Below are positions 7,912-14,005 of a stretch of DNA of 17,535 nucleotides, one piece after another. Numbering within the stretch: the first letter of the stretch is position 1; each line of letters begins with the position of its first letter. The DNA is from Haloferacaceae archaeon. GTDB lineage: Archaea > Halobacteriota > Halobacteria > Halobacteriales > Haloferacaceae. The stretch spans positions 1-17,535 of the forward strand of contig JBDGQA010000078.1 in the NCBI GenBank assembly GCA_042219325.1, written 5' to 3'. Position numbers and translations under genes: made by a program. Below the pieces are notes generated by a model that saw nothing but the letters and a program-made list of their open reading frames with translations, ran no database searches and was not told the origin of the DNA.

Positions 7912-8601
7912 TCAGCCGTCGTCCGCCAGCCGCGAGACGAGGTCCCGGAGCGTCGCGAGGTCGTACTGCCCCGGCGCGGTCGCCGCAGCCGGGTCGACGG
8001 GCGCGTAGCCGATCCGGGAGCCGTACAGCGGCGCCACCGCGCGGGTGTGCCGGCCGGCGGCGCCCATCGCCATCGTCGCCACGCGGTCGCCGGCCGCCGT
8101 CGCGTCGCGGGTCGCCCGCAGGAGGGCGAGGGCATCGTCGCGGTCGGTCGCCGTGACCGCGAGTTTCCCCACGTCGCCGCGCCGGGCCGCGTCGGCGAGG
8201 AGGTCGCCCATCGCGTCGACGGACGGCGTCCCCTCGAAATCGTGAACGGACGCCACGACCGTCGCGCCGTGCTCGCGGGCGTGGGCCGCCGTCTCCCGCC
8301 CTTCGGGCTCCTCCAGCGTGGCGAGTTCCACGTCCACGGCGGCGACGGCGTCGTACTCGGCGGCGGTCCGGAGCGCCGCGAGCCGTCCGTCCTCCTCGGC
8401 CTCGCCGCCCTCCCACGGTGCCCGGTTGGTCGCGATGAGCGAAAGCTCGCCGCCGTAGGCGGCCAGCGCGGAAAGCGGGTCGGCCGCCAGGTCCATCCGG
8501 AACTCGACGGCGTCGGCGTGTGCGCGGGCCGCGGGCTCGTCGTCGAGGTCCGAGACGGCCGCGGCGAGGACGAACGAGTCGAACGCGAGCGGGGCGACCA
8601 T
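7912..8601 (-). CDS. aroD: 3-dehydroquinate dehydratase, type I
   Basis: It has 'TVVASVHDFEGTP' (compare the active-site His context HDF.KTP) and 'GDVGKLAVTA' (the Schiff-base Lys context). It is about 229 aa, a typical AroD-I size. Confidence 0.85.
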   Translation of the reverse strand: MVAPLAFDSFVLAAAVSDLDDEPAARAHADAVEFRMDLAADPLSALAAYGGELSLIATNRAPWEGGEAEEDGRLAALRTAAEYDAVAAVDVELATLEEPEGRETAAHAREHGATVVASVHDFEGTPSVDAMGDLLADAARRGDVGKLAVTATDRDDALALLRATRDATAAGDRVATMAMGAAGRHTRAVAPLYGSRIGYAPVDPAAATAPGQYDLATLRDLVSRLADDG

Positions 8602-8621
8602 GCCGGCCCACGGGCGGCGAC

Positions 8622-8631
8622 GGACGTAACG
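8622..8631 (-). promoter_or_regulatory. GGACGTAACG motif upstream of aroD, at the same promoter position as in the 28-bp repeat units
   Basis: On the coding strand it reads AAAACGTTACGTCC, centred about 26-30 nt upstream of the aroD ATG (8601). This is the TATA-box position for leaderless haloarchaeal genes. The identical 10-mer occurs at 7798-7807, 7826-7835 and 7854-7863. Confidence 0.45.
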
Positions 8632-8658
8632 TTTTCTGCGGCGCCCGCAGCCCCCGAG

Positions 8659-10506
8659 TCAGTCCTCGACGGGTGACTCGACGGACCGCGAGCCGGCGGC
8701 CTCGCTCCCCTCGTCGACGGCGGCCGTGAGCGAGACGTTGAGCGCCAGCATCGAGGCGACGCCGCCGACGACCGTGACGGCGTTCTTGACGGCGTGGTCG
8801 AGCACCGCGGCAGCGAACGCCACTGCCGGCGGGACGGCGCCGGCGGGGGTGAGGACGACGACGAAGGCGGTGAAGGCGGCCTCATAGAGGCCGACGCCGC
8901 CGGGCGAGAGCGGGAGCACCTTCGCCAGGTTGCCGACGCTCACCGCGAACAGGCCGACCGCACACAGGAGCGGGAGGGGGAGCGAGACGGCGGGGAACGC
9001 CGCGAGGACGATCACGGCGGTGACGACGTCGAGCGTCCAGACCAGGAGGCTCGCGGCGCCGATCCGGGCGAAGGCGGCCGGGGAGCCCGTGACCGCCTGG
9101 AGGTCGACGACGAACTTCTCGATCACGCCGGCCACGTAGTCGGCGTAGGTGTCCGAGGAGAGCCGACCGATCCCGGCGCGGACCAGGTTCCGCTCCGACC
9201 GCGCGCTCGCGGCGATGGCGAGGACGACGAGGACGGCCGCGACGCCGACCCCGACGGCGACCCGGATCGCCGTCCGCACCGCCGCCGGGTCGACCCCCGG
9301 CACCGTCCCGGAGAGCGCGGCCGCGAGGCCGGAGAGGTCGCCGCCGACGGCGAGACCGACGAGCACCACACCCGCGAGCGACGCGATGGTGAGCAGGTCG
9401 AACACGCGCTCGGCGGCCAGGGAGGCAAAGCCCGTCGGATACGGGACCTCCCGGCGGGCCTTCACGACGTACGCCCGGACCGCGTCGCCCATCCGCGCGG
9501 GGAAGACCAGATTGCCGGTCTGGCTGATGAACACCGCACCGGTCAGAAATCCGCCCCCCTCACGGTGGCCCAGTTCGGCCAGGATGTCCCGGTAGCGCAA
9601 CCCCCGAACGGGCCAGGACAGCACGTAGACGCCGACCGCCAGCGCGACCAGCCGGCGGTCGGCCGACTTGAGCGCCGCCAGCGCGTCGCTCGGGTCGATG
9701 TACAGCGTCATCAGGCCGAGCGCGACCAGCGTGAACAGGACCCCGCCGACAACCGTCCGCCGGCGGGTGATCCGCGGGCTGACCGACAGCGCCCACCACG
9801 TCCGGAGCAACTGGCTCCCCATCCCGAACACGTCCCGCACCAGGTCCACCTTCGAGTCGCCCTTTGGCTCCCAGTCGACGGGGAACTCCGCGACGCGGTA
9901 GCCCGCCCGCTGGGCCCGCACCAGGAGTTCGGTGTCCCAGAACCAGTGCTCGTCGCCGACGTCGTCACGGAGCGCCTCGAAGGCCTCCCGGGAGATGGCC
10001 TTGAACCCGCACTGGTGGTCGCGGAGGTGTGACCGGAGGAACAGGCGGACGAGGCCGTTGTAGACCCGGCTCGGAATCCCGCGGCGTGGCGGGCGGTCGG
10101 CGTCGCTTCCCGGCAGCCAGCGCGACCCCGTCGCCACGTCGTATTCGCCCGACCGGACCCGCTCGACGAGGTCCTCGAGGTGACGCATGTCCGTCGCGAG
10201 GTCCGTGTCGAAGTAGACGAGGACGTCGCCGCGGGCGGCACCGAAAGCGTGGTCGAGGGCCCCGCCGCGCCCGAGGCGCTCGTCGCTGTGGACGTGCCGG
10301 ACCCGGTCGTCCTCGCGGGCCAGGCGGGCGGCGATCTCCGGCGTCCGGTCCTCGCAGCCGTCCTCGGCCACGATCACCTCGAAGGCGTCGGCCGGCAGGA
10401 AGGCCGCCAGACGGTCGATCGTCGTCTCCACCGTCCGCTCGATGGTCGCCGCCTCGTTGTAGGCGGGGAGGACGACGCTGACCTCGGGGACGGCCGGGCC
10501 GCTCAT
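8659..10506 (-). CDS. aglD: Family-2 glycosyltransferase (dolichyl-phosphate hexose synthase-like) fused to a C-terminal multi-TM flippase-like (LPG-synthase-TM/UPF0104-type) domain. It is AglD-like
   Basis: The N-terminus is a GT-A fold: 'VSVVLPAYNEAATIE', 'VIVAEDGCEDRT', 'VLVYFDTDLATD' (DxD) and 'HQCGFKAIS'. The C-terminal half has at least 8 hydrophobic helices. The architecture and neighbourhood resemble H. volcanii AglD, from memory. The gene symbol is tentative. Confidence 0.8.
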   Translation of the reverse strand: MSGPAVPEVSVVLPAYNEAATIERTVETTIDRLAAFLPADAFEVIVAEDGCEDRTPEIAARLAREDDRVRHVHSDERLGRGGALDHAFGAARGDVLVYFDTDLATDMRHLEDLVERVRSGEYDVATGSRWLPGSDADRPPRRGIPSRVYNGLVRLFLRSHLRDHQCGFKAISREAFEALRDDVGDEHWFWDTELLVRAQRAGYRVAEFPVDWEPKGDSKVDLVRDVFGMGSQLLRTWWALSVSPRITRRRTVVGGVLFTLVALGLMTLYIDPSDALAALKSADRRLVALAVGVYVLSWPVRGLRYRDILAELGHREGGGFLTGAVFISQTGNLVFPARMGDAVRAYVVKARREVPYPTGFASLAAERVFDLLTIASLAGVVLVGLAVGGDLSGLAAALSGTVPGVDPAAVRTAIRVAVGVGVAAVLVVLAIAASARSERNLVRAGIGRLSSDTYADYVAGVIEKFVVDLQAVTGSPAAFARIGAASLLVWTLDVVTAVIVLAAFPAVSLPLPLLCAVGLFAVSVGNLAKVLPLSPGGVGLYEAAFTAFVVVLTPAGAVPPAVAFAAAVLDHAVKNAVTVVGGVASMLALNVSLTAAVDEGSEAAGSRSVESPVED

Positions 10507-10556
10507 CGTCCCCCCTTGGCGGCCGGCGCGCTAAGTACCTTCTGAAGGATCGGGCG

Positions 10557-10572
10557 TTAGCCGGCCGTACCA
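10557..10572. repeat. 16-mer direct repeat, copy 1 (TTAGCCGGCCGTACCA), in the divergent promoter region
   Basis: It matches 10646-10661 at 14 of 16 positions. Confidence 0.6.
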
Positions 10573-10645
10573 CGTCGGTGGCGACCCCGTACGCGCGCGT
10601 CCCGCTCCCGCTCGTCAGGGGAGGAGACCGCCAGACTGCGCCGGA

Positions 10646-10661
10646 TTAGTCCGCCGTACCA
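10646..10661. repeat. 16-mer direct repeat, copy 2 (TTAGTCCGCCGTACCA), immediately upstream of the TATA-like GCTATAC (10667-10673)
   Basis: It matches copy 1 at 14 of 16 positions and lies 89 bp from it. A related CTAAGTACC is at 10531-10539. Confidence 0.6.
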
Positions 10662-10696
10662 AACCGGCTATACCGGCCTGGCTGCTGGTGGGTAGT

Positions 10697-10957
10697 ATGA
10701 GCACCACTGTGGGAGCGAGCGCGGACGGGGAAGAACCGAACGCGGATCTCACGCCGAAACAGCGCCGTATCCTCGCGTACCTCCGCGAGCGCGCCGACGA
10801 GCGGACCTACTTCAAGTCGCGGTGCATCGCGGAGGACCTGGGGCTGTCGGCCAAGGAGGTCGGCGCGAACATGCGGGCCATCCTCGACGGCGACGTCGGC
10901 GTGACCGTCGAGAAGTGGGGCTATTCGTCGGGGACGACCTGGCGGGTGACGCGCTGA
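10697..10957 (+). CDS. Small winged helix-turn-helix protein, a putative transcription regulator
   Basis: ATG at 10697; the track starts at an upstream GTG, 10688. The HTH region is 'TPKQRRILAYLRERADERTYFKSRCIAEDLGLSAKEVGANMRAI'. C-terminal β-strands 'VTVEKWGYSSGTTWRVT' form a plausible wing. The TATA-like element is centred 27 nt upstream. Confidence 0.6.
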   Translation: MSTTVGASADGEEPNADLTPKQRRILAYLRERADERTYFKSRCIAEDLGLSAKEVGANMRAILDGDVGVTVEKWGYSSGTTWRVTR

Positions 10958-11051
10958 TCACCGACGCAGGCGGCGCGGGTCATCCAGGCTGCCCCCGTCT
11001 CCGGCGAGGGGAACAGAACCGGAGTAGTCCACAGGTCGGCCACGGAGGAGG

Positions 11052-11684
11052 TCACGGATCGTACTGCAGGACGTCGGCGGCGGCGTCGGCGAAGGTGGCG
11101 GCGTCGGCGCCGAGCGAGTCGGCGTAGCGAACGACGAGTGTCACGACCGTCTCCGGGCGGCGCACCCGGTATCCGCCGTCGTCGGGGCGCACGAGCAGAC
11201 CGTCGGCCTCCAGGTCGCCGGCGTGGGCGCTGACGGTCGCGGGGGAGACGTCGAGCGCGGCCGCAAGGTCGGCCCCCGAGACGCCCGGGCGGCGCAGCGC
11301 CGTCAGAAGCATCCCGCGGCGAGTCCCCCGACGGAGGTGGCCGAGGGTAACCCGCTCGAACTCGGAGAACCGCCCGGCGACGTAGAACCGGCGGTAGTCG
11401 CCGTCGCGGCGCGACGCCAGCGTGCCGTCGTCGACCAGCCGCCGGAGGTGGTACTGGGCCTCGCCGGTGGCCAGGCGCAGGTCGTCACGCACCTTCGAGA
11501 AGTGGGCGCCGGGCGTGGCGGCGACGTAGCCGCGGACGGCGGCGCGCGTGTCGGTCCGTTCGTCCGGGGCGTCGGCCCCGGCGGCGTCGCCCCCGCGCAG
11601 TCCGGCGAGCGGCGTCGAGGCGCCGAGCGCCGCGAACCGGCGGAGCGTCGCCCGCTTCTCCTCGTCGACCCCGTCCCCCGTCAC
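11052..11684 (-). CDS. Tandem double winged-HTH transcription regulator with a twin-arginine (Tat)-like N-terminus
   Basis: GTG start (revcomp of 11682-11684). A strong TATA box TTTTTAT (11708-11714) is centred 27 nt upstream. The N-terminus 'KRATLRRFAALGASTPLAGLRGGDAAGADA' has an RRxF motif, a short hydrophobic region and AxA. Two wHTH units are 'FSKVRDDLRLATGEAQYHLRRLVDDGTLAS...YRRFYV' and 'LLTALRRPGVSGADLAAALDVSPATVSAHAGDLEADGLLVR'. Confidence 0.65.
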   Translation of the reverse strand: MTGDGVDEEKRATLRRFAALGASTPLAGLRGGDAAGADAPDERTDTRAAVRGYVAATPGAHFSKVRDDLRLATGEAQYHLRRLVDDGTLASRRDGDYRRFYVAGRFSEFERVTLGHLRRGTRRGMLLTALRRPGVSGADLAAALDVSPATVSAHAGDLEADGLLVRPDDGGYRVRRPETVVTLVVRYADSLGADAATFADAAADVLQYDP

Positions 11685-11707
11685 GAGCGAGGATATGCGA
11701 AGGGGGG

Positions 11708-11714
11708 ATAAAAA
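11708..11714 (-). promoter_or_regulatory. TATA box (TTTTTAT on the minus strand) of the Tat-HTH regulator. It is also the only oligo-T tract downstream of the SPFH gene
   Basis: This is an AT-rich island (GGATAAAAAGAGATG on the plus strand) in GC-rich DNA. It is centred 27 nt upstream of the GTG start and about 65 nt downstream of the SPFH stop. Confidence 0.65.
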
Positions 11715-11741
11715 GAGATGGGTGCCTAAGGACGTCGACCG

Positions 11742-11763
11742 CCGACTAACCGGCGACTAACCG
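11742..11763 (-). repeat. Two abutting 11-mers, CGGTTAGTCGS on the minus strand (CCGACTAACCG / GCGACTAACCG on the plus strand), upstream of the Tat-HTH promoter
   Basis: The tandem copies are at 11742-11752 and 11753-11763. The TTAGTC-GCCG core resembles the 16-mers at 10557 and 10646. Confidence 0.55.
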
Positions 11764-11776
11764 ACCGCTCGGGCCC

Positions 11777-12928
11777 TCACTCGACCTCGGCTTCCCGCTC
11801 GCCGTCCTCGTCCAGCGCCTCCGCGTCGGACAGTTCCTCGTCGGCCTCGCTGATGACCTCGTCGGCGCTCTTGATGGTCGGCTCGCCGGACTTGATGGCC
11901 TCGGCCTCCTGCTCCATCTGCTGGACGTCCATCTCGGCCGCCTCGTCGATCTCGCCGAGGATGTCGTCGATGTCGTCCAGGCCCAGTATTTCGCGGGTCT
12001 CCTCGTCGAACTCCAGGGACTCCAGCCCCGCCTGCTCCTGGACGTCGCTGCCGGTCAACTGCTTGCCGTACCGCCCGACCAGCGACGACAGCTCCTGGGG
12101 CACGACGAACGTCGTCGAGTCGCCCTGGCCGATCGACTCCAGGGTCTCCATGCCCTTGTCGATGATCGCTCGCTCGCCCATCGACTCGGCCGACCGGGCG
12201 CGCAACACCGTCGAGATGGCGTCCCCCTGCGCTTCGAGGATCTGGGACTGCTTTTCCCCCTGCGCGCGGATGATGTTGGATTGCTTGTCCCCCTCGGCCT
12301 TCTCCACGGCGCTCCGCCGCTCGCCCTGCGCCTCCAGGATCATCGCCCGCCGCCGCCGCTCCGCGCTCGTCTGCTGCTCCATCGCCTGCTGGACGTCCTT
12401 CGAGGGATTGACCTCCCGCACCTCGACGCTCTCGACCCGAATCCCCCACTCGTCGGTCGGCTCGTCCAGTTCGTGACGGATCTTGGCGTTGATCTCCTGG
12501 CGCTTGTTCAGGGTGTCGTCGAGTTCCATGTCCCCGAGCACCGCCCGCAACGTCGTCTGGGCGAGGTTCGAGACGGCCTTCTTGTAGTCGTCGACCTCCA
12601 GGAACGCTTTCCTGGCGTCCATGACCTTGATGTAGACCACGGCGTCGGCGGTCACCGGCGAGTTGTCCCGGGTGATCGCCTCCTGGCGGGGCACGTCCAG
12701 GGTCTGGGTCCGCATGTCGAACGCGTACGTCCGCGAGACGAACGGCGGCACGAAACTGATCCCCGGCTCGAGCAACCGCCGGTACTCGCCGAACACGGTG
12801 AGCGCCTTCTTCTCGTAAGCGTCGACGATCTCGACCATCGAGTTGACCGTCGCCACCGCCAGCGCGAGGACGAGCAGCCCGACAACCAGGGTCCCGAAGT
12901 CGAGGCCGAGCTGCAGCGGGGAAGCCAT
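11777..12928 (-). CDS. SPFH/band-7 (stomatin/prohibitin-like) membrane protein with a long acidic C-terminal tail
   Basis: It has an N-terminal TM helix 'LVVGLLVLALAVATV', an SPFH core 'VDAYEKKALTVFGEYRRLLEPGISFVPPF...TRDNSPVTADAVVYIKV' and a coiled-coil 'AERRRRAMILEAQGERRSAVEKAEGDKQSNIIRAQGEKQSQILEAQG'. Confidence 0.9.
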   Translation of the reverse strand: MASPLQLGLDFGTLVVGLLVLALAVATVNSMVEIVDAYEKKALTVFGEYRRLLEPGISFVPPFVSRTYAFDMRTQTLDVPRQEAITRDNSPVTADAVVYIKVMDARKAFLEVDDYKKAVSNLAQTTLRAVLGDMELDDTLNKRQEINAKIRHELDEPTDEWGIRVESVEVREVNPSKDVQQAMEQQTSAERRRRAMILEAQGERRSAVEKAEGDKQSNIIRAQGEKQSQILEAQGDAISTVLRARSAESMGERAIIDKGMETLESIGQGDSTTFVVPQELSSLVGRYGKQLTGSDVQEQAGLESLEFDEETREILGLDDIDDILGEIDEAAEMDVQQMEQEAEAIKSGEPTIKSADEVISEADEELSDAEALDEDGEREAEVE

Positions 12929-12969
12929 GAGGGGAGTTGGGATGTGGTATCAATAAGCGTTCGGCCGCG

Positions 12970-13596
12970 CTACGCGTCGCGTTCGCGCTCGGGCTCGCGG
13001 ACGGACTGGTCGGTGCTCCGGCCGGCGTCCGCGGAGCGGTCGTCGGCATCCGCGCTCGCGTCCGCCTCGCGTCCCCGCCGGAGCTCCCGGTCGATCTCGT
13101 CCTCGACGGGATCGAGCGCTTCGACGGTGAGGACGTTACCGCCGCCCGGATCGACGACGATCACCTCGGTCCCCTCGGGGAAGGTGCCGTCGACCGACCG
13201 CGCCGCGTAGTGGGGGTTGAATCCGCCGCCCCGGATCCGGACCTCGCCCTCGGTCGGCGTCACCCGCTCGGTGACGCGGCCGGTCGAGCCGCGCAACGAG
13301 TCCGAGTCGCTCGTCCGGCCGGCCTCGCGGCCGTAGAGGTCGAACTCGCGGTAGGCGTAGAGCGCGGCGGCGCCGAACAGCAGGACCAGCGCCCCGAGGG
13401 AGATCGGACCGGCGAGGAAAGGGACGGCGAGGCCGACGAGCCCGGCGAGCAGGAGGGCGATCCCGGGAACGACGAAGTGTGCACCGGGGACGAGGGCCTC
13501 GGCGACCGACAGCCCCAGCCCGGCGACGACGAGCAGGAGAGGGATCGTCTCCGGGCCGAGGAGGTCGAGCTGGAACACGGCGGCGGACGGGCCCAT
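12970..13596 (-). CDS. NfeD-family membrane protein, the stomatin-operon partner, with a C-terminal OB-fold domain
   Basis: The N-terminal half is hydrophobic. The C-terminal β-rich domain is 'GRVTERVTPTEGEVRIRGGGFNPHYAARSVDGTFPEGTEVIVVD'. It sits directly upstream of the SPFH gene with a 41-nt gap, which is the classic NfeD–stomatin pairing. Confidence 0.8.
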   Translation of the reverse strand: MGPSAAVFQLDLLGPETIPLLLVVAGLGLSVAEALVPGAHFVVPGIALLLAGLVGLAVPFLAGPISLGALVLLFGAAALYAYREFDLYGREAGRTSDSDSLRGSTGRVTERVTPTEGEVRIRGGGFNPHYAARSVDGTFPEGTEVIVVDPGGGNVLTVEALDPVEDEIDRELRRGREADASADADDRSADAGRSTDQSVREPERERDA

Positions 13597-13620
13597 GCGG
13601 GAACGAACGGTCCGGAGCCG

Positions 13621-13626
13621 TTAAAA
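13621..13626 (-). promoter_or_regulatory. TATA box (TTTTAA on the minus strand) for the NfeD–SPFH operon
   Basis: It is centred about 27 nt upstream of the NfeD ATG (13596). It is the only AT hexamer in the gap. Confidence 0.55.
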
Positions 13627-13737
13627 CCGACCGGACGGGCCGACGCCGGTCCGGACGGCCGGGGAGCGAACGCTACAGCGGTGCGAACGCTACGGACGGC
13701 AGGCGCTGCCGGCGACGAGAACGGTCCGGGTGGGGGA

Positions 13738-13974
13738 CTACAGCGCCGTGAGAACGATGTAGAGCGTCAGGGCCACGCCCGCGATGACGAACGCGGCGTG
13801 CTCCAGGGACACCGACTCCGGTTCGAGCGGACGCTCGGGCTCGGCGGCGTCCGGGGTCTCCGCCGCGTCGGGGCCGACCTCGTCCAGCGAGAACTGCCAT
13901 TCGTCCTCCTCCTCCTCGTCGCCGTCGTTCCCGCCCCCGAGCAGACGCGTGATCGGCCCCTCGTCGCGGTCCAT
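13738..13974 (-). CDS. Small acidic protein with a C-terminal transmembrane helix (tail-anchored), hypothetical
   Basis: It is 78 aa: 'DEEEEDEWQFSLDEV...' followed by 'AAFVIAGVALTLYIVLTAL'. The third-codon position is GC-rich. It lies 31 nt downstream of the pykA stop on the same strand and overlaps no other gene. Confidence 0.45.
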   Translation of the reverse strand: MDRDEGPITRLLGGGNDGDEEEEDEWQFSLDEVGPDAAETPDAAEPERPLEPESVSLEHAAFVIAGVALTLYIVLTAL

Positions 13975-14005
13975 ACCCGAGGTACGACACGGTGCCCGAA
14001 AGGCG

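Noticed and set aside
7772-10573. ORFs 7772..8611(-), 7299..8885(-) upstream part, 8794..10032(+), 9965..10573(-) and 10029..10545(+)
   Set aside because: They are alternative-frame or antisense readings of aroD and the GT2–flippase gene. The translations are dominated by Arg/Gly/Pro repeats, with no domain-like patterns.
11777-13596. Whether the SPFH/NfeD pair is a defence or toxin system
   Set aside because: The NfeD–stomatin operon is a widespread housekeeping membrane-scaffold module. Nothing in the sequence, such as a nuclease, ATPase or effector domain, suggests a defence role.
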